A stretch of DNA of 64,000 nt from Podarcis vaucheri (taxonomy: Eukaryota), in the NCBI GenBank assembly GCA_965113315.1, contig OZ220363.1; one strand, 5' to 3'. Made by a program: the position numbers and the translations under genes. Position 1 is the first letter of the stretch. Every line of letters starts with the position of its first letter. The notes under the pieces were generated by a model that saw only the letters and a list, made by a program, of their open reading frames with translations, did not search any database and was not told where the DNA came from. Shown here piece by piece: positions 14,301 to 27,444 of the stretch.

Positions 14301-15796
14301 TTATTGGATGAAAGATGACCAGTTGCTAGACAACGAGACCTATGCTTCTTCAACTCATTGGTAAGAAGGCTTTTATGTATAATGGAAAATAAAGCTAAAT
14401 TGGCTGTATAAACTAGAAACAAAAGAGAGAGAAACAAATTAAAATAGTGTCTCCCAGACTCTGAAGATAATGGTGGATCTTTAAGGGCTTATGTATACTA
14501 TCAACCTTATAGGTTTGTGGAATAGGGGCAGTAGTGTAATATATATAGTTCATTGGGAGGAAATATCTTTGCAGTAGCAGGGGGAGATTGAGTGAGAGTG
14601 GGAGATTGTGTTTCTGTTAAAAAGAAAATTGTACACTTAAGCCCTGGAGAAGGGCTTAAGACAATGCTCTATGTATCAGTCTTCATTGGGGAGGCAGAGG
14701 GAGAGGAAGATGACCCTTTCAGATGTTTGTGGCTTCAGAACAAATATGGTTTCATGAACACCCCTTTTATTTTAGTGTTCCCACTGCAGGGGACTTGTGT
14801 TGTGTTGTACGTTATCAGTGGTGTCATGGATATGTTCTACTAGGTTACTGGGAACTCATGTAATATTTTGTACATCACTCAATAATGGCATGGAGGCTGT
14901 AGCTGGGAGAAGAAAAATTGACATTTCACTAGTAAGAAAAAATGCACTTTAAGCAATAGGACATTGCTATTATAGTTCCACAAAAGAAGTACTTTTATAT
15001 AAGACAGTGGGATCCCATACAACAACTAAGCGACCACAATTAATCCAGTGCTTTAAAAGAACAAGAAAAAAGATGATTTTGAAAGTCCCCAAATTTCTAC
15101 TAGTTTTTGTGGAAGAAAAGGTTTTCAAAGGCCAACATGATAAAATAGTGACAGTATTTCCAGATCATAGATACTCAAATGGACACTCTTGTTACCAACT
15201 CACAGTTCATTCCTTGTCCAAATTTAATGTTTGGTATAATCCAAGATTCATAGGGTGGAGCCCTCTGAGTTTCCTTCCTGTCCGGTTCTGACTGAAATTT
15301 CCTAGTGTTTGTTTTCCATCAGTGCTAACCTAAATCATCTTCTATTTGCACCCCAGGTTCAATGACAATAAATCAGAGATATTCATCTCCAGCACTTTGG
15401 ATATGAATGTAACAACAGATGAAATTTATGGAGCATTTACCTGCTTGGTTAGAAACAGTACAGCAGTTTTCACACTGCAAAAATCAGGTAGCATTTCTTT
15501 GTACTTCATACCATGTGCATTTGGGTGTGGGCCGGTACTCCATTTGAAGGTTGTTATCTTTATTAAGTTGTTCAAAAAAGATACTGCTACTCACTAACTG
15601 TATTCCATAGTAGAATTCCCATGAGTATTTCTGAAATGAGAGTTGGAGATACTTTTTTTTTAAAGAGTTGTCAGACTACTCTGAAAACACACTTATGGCA
15701 TTCAATCCAAATGTAAATTTCCCTTTCAGAGTTGACCTCTGAAAACTGATAGATAAGAATATGGCTGTGTACAGCATTGATTGGCTGATGCCTTTG

Positions 15797-15854
<58 letters not shown>

Positions 15855-18800
15855 TATCTTTGACCCCACCCCAGAGCAGTTCTGCACTTTGGTTAACAAG
15901 ATGACAAATAAACATGAATGAAATACTTTAAACTCTTTTTAATTTAATTATCTTTAGAAGGGCTTCTTATCTGAAGCTTGATGGGAGGGGCAAGTGTGAT
16001 AACTGAGCTTGCATTTGCTTTGTACATTTGTCATTAAAATGGCAGAACTAGATAAATCTGAGATTGTGCAGCAGCTGAGGAATTGAATGTGATTTATATT
16101 CTGTCTGCCTCCTCTTGAGACTCAAGTAGCCTAAGTGTTTTGGATTACATTTTCTAATTACAGTCTAGAAATCATCCATGGCTCAGCATCATTATTTCAT
16201 TTCTCCATTGGTGTATGTGAGATGCTAAGGGCCATTTCACACATTATGTGTGTGTCTTGGAATGGAACAGTGTGTGTGTGTAAAAGAAACTACATCCTTG
16301 GGTCCAATGTACAGGATTCAGTATGGTCTATTGAGGATGTGGGTAGCATGGAATCTGGTCAGAGTTTGACCCACAGTGAGTTTATAGAGGTGTGACAGCT
16401 TCACTATACATTCAGTTTATAATTCAGTCCACATTTTTCACTTTGTAGTGCCACTGTTCAGATGACTCTTGGCATGTATGCAAAGGCAAATGTGTTTTTT
16501 GGGGGAAGAAACATAGTTTTGAACTAAGATGGCTTCAAAATTCTGAAGTATTGTATGACCCTCTGAGAATTTATGAAGTGGGTATCTCAGCTTGGCTTTC
16601 CTTCTTTTAGGAAGAAGCAAGACTTAATTTTCTATATAGAAACTAACTGTTCTCATTTAAAAAATATAGTAATTTACTTTAGCCCATGCATGGCCATCTG
16701 ATAGACTGAAGTCTAGCTGGGGTGATAAGAGTATTTGCTTTTATGCTGTATCTAGATGCCTTCCTTTTCTTTTGAATAGGTTTCCCCAGTTTTATCTTGG
16801 AATTCAAGAAACTCAGCTGAGCCTGCCTGATCCTCTTCTTAGACTTTAAAAGATGTTTTTGCTCTAGCTGGTAGTAGGGTTTCTAAAAAGGGCTTTGAAC
16901 CAGACTTAACATGTCTCTAGAGGAGTTTAATATAAAGACAGCCTTTTGTGCCCTCAGTATTGCTCCATGCTGGCTTTAGGGTCTCAGTTTACAAGAGCAA
17001 TTTTATGATGGCGTCATCAGTGAATCTGATGGCAGAAAATTGCCACATGATGGCACCAGCAGACAATAGAAACTTTTCTGAGGTTTTCAATCAGTCACAG
17101 CCTCAAATGGTTCTACACACCAAAACAAACGTGCTATCAGGCTGCCCCCAAGCAACTCAGCTGTTTTGGCATGCTTGAACACTTTCAAATTCCTCCATCT
17201 GGAAGTTTCCATAGGCTGATGGAGCAATTCTGAGATTAGAGCCTCAGTGTATTTTAAAGCAACATTCAGCAAATGGCTACAAAAAGTCTAAATGAACTTG
17301 CCCGCATGCTTGCAGGAAGAAATTGAATTGGCACTGGAGAATGTGAATAATTTAGTTCATGCACATCTTTACTCTGAAAACCTTTGATTTACTTCTGCAT
17401 GTGCATCTTGTGAATGGAGATCCTTGCAAAATTTGGAGGATGATCTAACAATGTGGTGCTAGAATAAATCTGTCTTTTAGCTTCTGCTCATCTCTTCCTC
17501 ATCATGGTTGCACGTTCTGATAGTCAGAACAGTCATCAAGATACTAAAAATTGTTCAAGAATGACATAACCCCTCATTTTCTTTATAATTTGGTATATTC
17601 TGAGACCATAGACCCCAACTCTTCTCTTCCTTTTTTCTCTGCCATCCTATCAATTGTAAGGCTGTTTTCTCATTTAATGCTATTTAAAATATGTCTTTCT
17701 ATTACAGCAGAGACTGCTGGGCACTTGGGCGCTGTGCTAGCTGCACTTGTCACGGTGGCACTGCTGTTACTAATGGCTGTGATGTATGTGAAGTGCCGTC
17801 TGAATGTGCTCCTCTGGTACAGAAACCGTCATGGAGAGGTGGAGATCAATGGTAAATATTGGGCTGGAGAGTTGGCTGTCACTTTTCCCCTTGTGAGATT
17901 CGAGTTTCAATGACAGTCCAACCCAAAGTGTGAACTTCTACAAGAATTATCCTCTCAGTGTTATAGCTAGTCAGCACAGGTTTTGTTGTTGTTGTTGTTT
18001 TAAAAATTATAATAAATTTCTCCTCTTGGTACTTTTCCACAGATGGAAAGCTGTATGATGCCTATGTGTCTTATTCTAACTCAACGGATGATAGAAAGTT
18101 TGTCAACTTCATAGTGAAGCCACAGCTGGAGAATCGTCATGGCTACAAGATTTTCCTGGATGATAAAGACATCCTGCCCAATTCAGGTATAGAACCTTGT
18201 CCAACACCTCATTTAATATGTACCTGGGCACTCAGACTTGCTGTTGAGTTCAGGCTGCAAATAACTTATCTGAAATGGATTAGTTGGCTAAATGAAGAGA
18301 AACCTTCAGTTTAATTTGCCCATTTGGCATCCTATGTTTAATATGGTAGCTTTATTAAGTGTTAAAATATCCAATTGATATTGGTACACACACTAAGTCT
18401 GAATATCAGGTTAACTCTTGCATCCATTTTCAAACAAGAGGAGGAGAATGCAAAAAACACTATTTCTATTAGACACTGAGACAGCAGGATGAAAGTTGGT
18501 ATGCAACTTTCCCTGAAAGTTGCCCTGAACATTCTGCATTTCAAGTACAGCTTAATCCATGTCCCTGTTTCCAAGGTAGATTGGAAAGATGTAAAACATA
18601 GTGCAGTGCTATATCTGACTGAGATATTAGAATACAGGCTGGTGTATACATTCAGGACACCATTGTGCATTTCATATATGATCCCAGCTTGACATCTGTA
18701 TCCTTTTTCAGAGTGAAGGAAAGGGCCACAAACATTGCAATGCAGTACATTGGTACCTCGGGTTACATACGCTTCAGGTTACAGACTCCGCTAACCCAGA

Positions 18801-21800
18801 AATAGTACCTTGGGTTAAAAACTTTGCTTCAGGATGAGAACAGAAATCGCGCAGCAGCAGCAGGAAGCCCCATTAGCTAAAGTGGTGCTTCAGGTTAAGA
18901 ACAGTTTCAGGTTAAGAACGGACCTCCGGAACGAATTAAGTACTTAACCCGAGGTACCACTGTATCTGAAATGAAGCCTGTTGAACGCTGCACTTTGCTA
19001 TTTAATAGATGCAAAAGTATGGCTCTGAAAAATTACTTTGGCACACTATTTTGTGCCTCTAAAGCAACCTAAAATACCTTTAATTCTAAACACCAATAAT
19101 GGCAAAACTGCAAAGTAAGAACTGACAGGCTCTCTGTTGTACGAAGAAAAATGTATTCTCCTTAACCACCCAGTTGTCCACAGTTAGGTTCCATTTGCAT
19201 ATTAAGTAGGATGTATTCACAGTCTGCCCAGTATATGCTCAGCACAACTGGTGGGCTTTCTACACCTGTTCAAAGTCTGTGGCATGATGCATTGCTTAAC
19301 TTGCATGACCTTGCAGATATGCATTTCATAGAGATGGGTGGTTGTTTTGTGCTGGCCTGCTGCCTCTCCCTGTGCCTCCACATTTCCAGGCTGTTATTGC
19401 ATATGTTTGACAATGTGTTTCTTTATTTTGGGCACAGCTTGTTTAATCTTCCTCCAAAGAGCATGAAGTGTAGTTCCTATCCAGGCAGTTTACAGGCCCA
19501 CCCCTGTTCTGGCTTCCGCAATATCACTGTAATCATGTGCCTTCAGACCATTTGTTCTTATCTTCAACTGTTTTGTTTAATAAAACTTCTATAAAAAGTA
19601 TGCAGCATCCATTTGCATGGGGATGCAAAACAAGCTGTGTACAAAATGCAGCTCCTCCATATTCTATAATGCTGCCCACAGTGGACAGTTCTGGTTAAAC
19701 AAGAATACACCACAAAACAGCATTTCTCAGCAGCTGTATTACCTTTTTGAGTGTATAGTACTATGGAAACGGCATCTGTATTGTGCTCTTTGTGGTATGT
19801 CTAATAATTAAAAAATGCAATGTTTGAGTATACTCTTCATTTTTTTTTTATGTCCTGAGTGTTCCACCAGAGGCACTCATATCCAAAACCAATGGTGCTG
19901 TCTGAAGGACAGGGAAGTTCTAAACAGGCTGGTTAGTTTTTATTCCATTGCCCAGGGGTTCTCCTTTCTGTAGAGCAGAGCGGATATGAATTTGGATGCT
20001 AGGGTATTTCTTTCTTGTACAGGGGAAGGATGAATGCTGAAACAACAATGGATTGGTTCTGGCCCTTTTCAGAAGAGATTTAGTTTTTCTCCTCTCTTTC
20101 AGAACCTTCTGCAGATCTGATTATGAATGTCAGCCGGTGCCGCCGCCTCATTGTGGTTCTCTCTAATGCATATCTGGAACAGGAATGGTGCAACAATAAT
20201 TTCAGGTAATTAGAGCGTCAGCAATAGAGACAAGTTCTCTGATCCTCCTTTCGTTTTTGGAGGATCAGGAATGACTCGGGCAAATAGTATGTGCAATTCT
20301 GATTTGGAGGGATCACTAAAATCATAGTTTGCTTATTTGGTTGTCCTGGTGAACTATGGCTTGTCAAAATAGTCAAGTGTTCCAATAAGTTGTACTCATA
20401 AGAGGAGGAGGGAAGGTAGAAGGGAGTAGGAAGGCAGGTGGGAGTATCTTCCTGGCTCTCCTATCTATGGTTAGAAGAGCATCTGAATTTATCCAATTTC
20501 TGTATACACCTCCAATCACAACACCCAGAATCTCTCTCATATTTCTGGAAATGAAGCACAGCAGTTTAGTGTTAATGCCTCTCAAACCAGTTCCTGAAGT
20601 TTTCATTGAACTGTTTGAATTCTACTGAAACTAGTCGTGCTTAGAATTAATTTTTTGGGTGACTAGATTGGGTTTCAATAATTTGGTTGTGGATTTGCTT
20701 AGGACTCTAACCGATTGTCTGGTTTTGCAGGGAAGGTCTTTGGAGGCTGCTGGAACTATCCCGGAGGCCAATCTTCATTGTCTTTGAGAGCCAGTACCGA
20801 GAAATAGCACATCCAGCCATAAATTTGCTGAAGCAGCAGAAGAGCACAGTGACCCTTCTGATGTGGCGTGCTGGGTCCATGGTAAGTTGTGGGCTGCAAG
20901 GCCATAACTTCATCACTGTGGTTTTGTTTCTCAGTGGCAAGGCAGTACTTGAAGCTATTCAAGAAGCATAGAAGTGTAGAGTAGCTTCTCTTCCAAGAAG
21001 GGTTGAGAGCCAATCCTCCATCACTTGACCTTGCTGTGATGTATACCAGAGTAATAACTGTTACCTGCTTTTCTTGGCACTAAAGAGTAGCATCTTCATG
21101 AAAGTAGGTTGAGTATATTTTTGTCTGTCCGTAATTTTGATCATGATCTCCTGTTATTTACTTTTTTATTTTAGCTATTTACCTGTTGACTAGGAAATCA
21201 TCAGCTCCAGAGATTTGCCAAATGATACCTTTTTAGATGAACATGGCTTGACTGCTCCATGGCTCATGCGTGGAGGTCATGAGCAGTGTTGTAAGCATTG
21301 CAGAAAATATAGATAAGTTATATTTTAACTCCAACTTTAAAGAAGCAAACAGAGCCACAGGGAGGCACCAGAACCTGAGAAATAAGAATTGGAAACATAT
21401 ACTTTGCTTCACCCAGAGTACTCTCAGTGCAAAGAGAATTGAAAAGAATGGAGAAGGAAAAAAGCACAAAAACTTCCCTAAAATGAGCATTTGCAGGGGA
21501 GCATTCTAGCAGGATAGAGACTTCTGGTTTACAGTTATTGCTGTTTCTTTATCTGTGCTAAATGAACAATAGCATGCTTGTGACTCACAATACTCCTTGC
21601 AGTTGCACATCAGGATATTTAGTTATTTTATTATGCTTTTCACCCACCCTTCACCTCACGGTCCCAGGGCAGGTTACAACAATTAGAAAAACTACTGACA
21701 TGACACATGTGTGTGTATTTTTAAAGAACCGGACCCATCATTTTTTGTAAGTCTGGTATAATGCAAAACTTGTACCTCGTATAAATATTTAAATACATAA

Positions 21801-24800
21801 GTAGGAGGCACACACAGGTAAACAAATAACTGCAAGCATGCTTGCAATAGACCTTAGGTTTCCAGAACTTAGGGAGTGTGAGGAATGGAGGGGAGGGGAC
21901 AACAGCACACAGTGCAAAGACACCCCATCAAGCACCTCCCACTCTTGGGGGACAGGAAGCACTGCAATAGAGTTCATTTGAAGGTGGTCCTGTGGACAGA
22001 TGTGCACAAAAATCCACATGGAAAAATCAGAGCCGTGCAACTCACTTGTGCAATTAACACTCTGCTGTGCACACAACCTATGCCTCAAGACATAAGAAAG
22101 GGGCTTTTTGATTTTACTTACAATGTAAAGAATCCTAAGCAGCTTTGTTAAACAGGCCTTTTAGACACAGCATTCAAGGAACTACCTACTCCCCTCCCCA
22201 GCTAATAATAAGTTACGACAGCCAAAATATTTCAAAGCAGCTTTAACAGTGTCTGGAAAATGCCATTAGGTGTAAGGATACTGCTTCCTTCTGGCAGTGA
22301 GTGGATCAAAGCCACCATATGTCCGCTATTTTTTTTGTTTACTCCTATCTCTAAGACAAAATGGGAACAGCACATTAACATTTTTAATAAGACTGTTGCT
22401 GTACATGAGCAACAGGCTGCCAGTCTTTGGCTTCTTGTTTCTTAGTCAGATTAAAAATCTGACTCTTTCCAAAATAAGGCATTAGGAGAGGAATTAATAT
22501 CAAGAGAGGTTTTAAAGTAACATCCAGTGGAGTGGTCCTGTCATTGCTAAATTATTTGGTTCAAAAAAACCCAATTGGCTGTATTCCATCAGGGTGGAAT
22601 CAGCACAGCGATCCCAGTTTTCAAGAAAGGTGACACACAAATTATATACCAATCAGTCTTATAGATAGCATTAAAAATTACATGTAAAATACCTCCTGTT
22701 TTGAATCTGAAGAATGGCCGATGTTGCACAATATAATTGCTGAATAACAAGCTGACTTTAAAGCTGGCTGGTTAATGCTTGACAACCATTCTGTGCTTGC
22801 TCATTTAATTCCTGTGTTAACAGAAAAAATAAGCTCTTTGCAGTTTTTGTTGATTTTAAAACTGCCTTTGATTACATCAGTAGAAATACATTCTTGGAGA
22901 ACCTTGAGCACCAGCATTGCTTGCTATGTGTTAATTTGGTAGTAGCATTACCCTTAAAAACTAAGCTAAATTATCTCATAAGTGGATTGTGTCCAACTAT
23001 ATTCCTATATTTAGGGTGGATTGCAGATTGTTCATCCTGATTGGTTTGCAAGGAGGTTATACAGTAGGAGTGGGCAACCTCTGGCCCATAAGCCAGTATT
23101 CATTCTGACAAAGCAAACCCCTTCAGCTGGCAAGATTATACTCTCTGCTCTCCACTCACCAGCTGATGAGCAGGGGATTTGATAGTGCTCTGTTTGCCTG
23201 TACATACCTGCTGCCCTGCTGGAAACAGGCACACACAGTGAAAGAGCTCTGTATATTCCATCTCTGGTGGTTCGCTGCCCCCCTGAAATTCCATAAAACT
23301 AAAAGCTGAATGACAGCTGAATAGTACCGCGAAATATTTGCATGCCTATTGCCAATTCTAAAATGGGTTTAAATTAACTATGCAGTTGCTCTTTGCATTT
23401 GAGATCTTGGTGTTCAGGGTGTGTGTGTCTGCTTCTCATCCGACTTGATTGGGTTCAGAACACCATCAAATATGCTAACAGCATTTCTCCAATAAAAAAT
23501 GGGCCATTTTAGCTCTAAAAGTAAAAGTGAATGCTAGCCTGCTTTAACTATTGGAATTAACTCCTGCAATTCTTTTGAATCAATATAACCAAAAGGTTGT
23601 TGTAATTAATAGTCAGGGGATAGTTTATTCAACTCTGATGCTTGGTAACCAAATTTTTTTTCCCGTTGAATATTTTTCCAGCAGGAATTCTACGGTTGCA
23701 AAATTTGATTTAAAGAATAGTGTTTGTGACCTCTTTATTCAGAAATACCTATATTTTGTTTTCAACTCTAAAATCACACCATGGCAGTTATGTTTAAATA
23801 TAAACATATTGAATTGTATCTGATGGATCTATCAAATTTCACCAGCATAAGACTTTCCCTGTGCTCACAATGCAGTGTATGCAACTTCCTGTCATGGGAG
23901 ATGCAAAAATATTTCTTTTGCTTCCCAAATCTGCTTATGTGGAGAACATTCTGTGAAAGGTATAACCCATTACTTACTGGATGAATTTCTGAGAAAGCTT
24001 GTAATTTTTTCATCAGTTTCTGGGGGAATGTTGCCATTGATCAGGCTTTCAAATAATTTATTTTTTACTGGCAAGTTCAAAAAAGGGCATTATCAACACA
24101 GTGACCAACTTTTCTTTAGCTGTGGCCGAATGCTGTTAAAAGTTTGTGGATGCTTCTGCAATAGGACTCCAAGCTGAATGTTTGTGGTGGCTGTTAATTT
24201 CCTGCCAATGTTTTTGGTTTAATGATGTTTTCATTTTTGAATTCTTGCTGTTTTATTTACAGTGTTGGTCCTATGTAGCTGTACATTTTGACTTGATATG
24301 GCCAATGGTCAATATAAATAATTCTCTATTTAATTTGTATATCTACCCACCTTGCTGTTCCCCAGAGAGGCACACTATCAGATCAGTTAGGCTGAAGTAG
24401 CAACAAGGACGCTGAATGGATTAGGTGGAAATATTGTGGCTTCTTGTGCCTGAAAAGGCTGTAAAGCATTGCTGGAGGTTCCTGTCAGCTATGCCCCTTT
24501 ACCTCAAGGGTACAGGCAGCTCCCAGTATCTGTCTCAAATTCTTGTAACCTCTATAGGTCACTTTCTCCTCTAGGGCTATGGCTTACTGCAGGCTTCCTC
24601 AAACTCAGCCCTCCAGATGTTTTTGGCCTACAACTCCCATGATCCCTAGCTAGCAGTGGTCAGGGATGATGGGAATTGTATCTCAAAACACCTGGAGGGC
24701 CAAGTTTGAGGAAACCTGGCTTACTGCATACAGCTGTAGCTTGCAGCTATGGTTTACTGTGATGTACAGACTGGGCCACTAAGGTGAGATGAAGTTAGGA

Positions 24801-27404
24801 AATAGCAAGCTTGGGAAAGCTATCTGTGCGAGGCATTGAAGCATTGCAGTCTGTTTCTGAGTTTTTGCTGGATACCAGCCACATGTTCTCTTGCCTTTTA
24901 TCCATGAGGACAAAGCCAAAAGCCTTATTTTAAAAAAAAGAAGAAGAAAAGAATTCACTCAATTTAAAATTGCACTGAAATCCTAGGTTAATGGAAAGGC
25001 GAAATCTGTTGCTTTATCTGGTCACGAAAGCCTTCCATCAGAAGTAATGCCACTTAATACCTCTTAGATTTTGCAGTACGTTTCATCTCGAAGATGAAAC
25101 AAAGCTGAATGGGAAAACTGTTGGTGGGGCTGTAGATCCCTCTGTTGTAGCGAACATTTATCTCTCTCTGCTCAATCCTTTGGGAGCCAGACAGGGTGCC
25201 TGTGCTTCATAGGCGAGGAGCGCCGGTGAGAACGCTGCCCTCAAGGCAGGGCTGCTGGGACTTGCCTACAGATATATCGCACAAGGGTTTGTGTGTAACT
25301 GATGAGCATGTGACAAGATGCTGCCTCTTTACTGCTTCTAGGCGCCTTCATCTGATTTTTGGAAGGAACTGTGCCTCGCCCTGCCACGAAAAGTGTCCTA
25401 TCAAGGCCTCAGGGGAGACCCCCAGACCAGTTTCCAGGAAGACAAGGACCCTATGCTGATCCTCAACAGCAATTACTTGGATTTCCGGGGGGATTCGCAC
25501 CCTGAAGGAGACTCTGGTAACAGCACTGTTTAATCTTCACTCTGTCGCCATAGCATGCCAACAGGAGAACACACAGTTGCTCTTGATCCTGCTCTGTGTT
25601 TTTTGTTTTTTTGAGTGTTAGTCCACAGTTAGCCAGAAAGATTCTCAAGTGAGGCTCACAATTAAGTTTGAAAGAAAAAACCCCATTAAAAAATCACTTG
25701 ATAGAAGAACACTGCACTTGCTAAAATTAGCAAAAGTATAGCCCAGCAGATTTATTAATCAGTCAGCCAGGTGCCTTTCTACACACTGCCATGAGCTAAC
25801 TGTGTGCTTCCTGCCTGTATTATTACAGCTATTTTAGTATGGTATGCCAAAACCCTATGTACACTTACTTTAACGTAAGTTCCATTGAACTCAATCCTTT
25901 AGAGTGGATATGTGTAGGATCAGGCCTCACTTTTGATTACAAAAGCTAAGGCTAGTCAGATGGTAACCGCCCCCCCTCCCCGAATTAAAGATGCTTTGGA
26001 ATATGTGATCAAATTGTGCTATGTATTCTCATCTTAGTTTCACCTCTAGGAAATAGGTTTCTTCTTTATTTCAGAATTATCAAAACCTGTTCAGCCAAAG
26101 GTGACAGTGGAGACCAATGGAAGTGAAGCCTCTGCTCCCACTTTCAGATTCCTTAAAATTTATTTTCTCCAATTTAAGCCTGTGTAGTGTAGTCAGATCA
26201 CAAGCAGTAGTATTTATTTAAGGCCTTTATATACCATCTGACTTGGCAGAATGTGTCTACTTTGGTTGATCACCAGGCTTGGTCACCATTGTATGCTGTG
26301 TCTGTGGCTTCCAAATGGCATAACAGGTCTTCCTCTTTCTTTCTTTCTTTCTTTCTTTCCTTCCTTCCTTCCTTCCTTCCTTCCTTCCTTCCTTCCTTCC
26401 TTCCTTCCTTCCAATGGCCATTCCAGAGTTACACCTAATTAGCTGATCCTTCATCAGTCAAACAACCATTACCTCAATCCAAATGAAATGATCTTCCCTG
26501 TCATGCAGCAGTCCACACATACATACTGTGGCACATTTTGTAGCAGAAGAATTAATTCATCTGTTTTTCCCATTCACTGCTAACATTGGATAGGGAGCAG
26601 GGCAACATGTTTTCATAGAGAACATGTTATTTTGGCTATGAATCCATTTGTGTGTTTGCAGAGGAAGAAAGGAAATAATGGTGTCGTTATCACTACATGC
26701 TTCCTTAGAGTAGCAATACCAAGGAGTGGAAATTTACGTAATTTACCACCTCCATCTATCATTTACGTGCAAACATACCCAAGAGTTCATAAAAGAAATG
26801 GGTTTTATATCCACCAAAGGGCAGTTTTCCATTCTCGGAGCCCGAGACTACAGAGAGCTTGGTGGTTTAGTCCTGACATCCTTTTTCCTAGGCCTGTGGG
26901 ACTATGGCTGTACAATGGATCAATGAGTAGGAAGCGCACCTGAGGCATCGGTTCCAGAGGTTGTGAAGAACAAGCTCTGGCCCTAGGGATTTGTTAACAC
27001 AGGCTGAGCACTTGCAAAGCAATACATTTTAATTTTAGTAACAGGAGCAAAATAAGTTCAGTGGTCATAAAAGATTTACGAGCAACTGGCAAGAGCAAGC
27101 CCAGCTCGCTTGTACACGGTGATTTTATTGTCAAGAGAAGAACAGAGAAAATAATGGGTTTGGCTGGGCTTTTCTTTTAGTTGAGACAGCAGCGTTGGGC
27201 TTATTTTGCTGAGGGTGTTGCGTTCACTGTCATTAATAGGCCTTGTTTCTTGTGTGGCGCGGCTGTGCACCTTGTTGGAAGCTTTCCTCATTAGTCTAGT
27301 TGCTCCATACAACAGCATGCCAGGATGCTTGAGGCTCCTCATTCTCTCACTTGCAAAGGGAATTGTTGCTTGGAAGACATTTCATTCTCACTAGGAGCGC
27401 CTGA

Positions 27405-27444
<40 letters not shown>

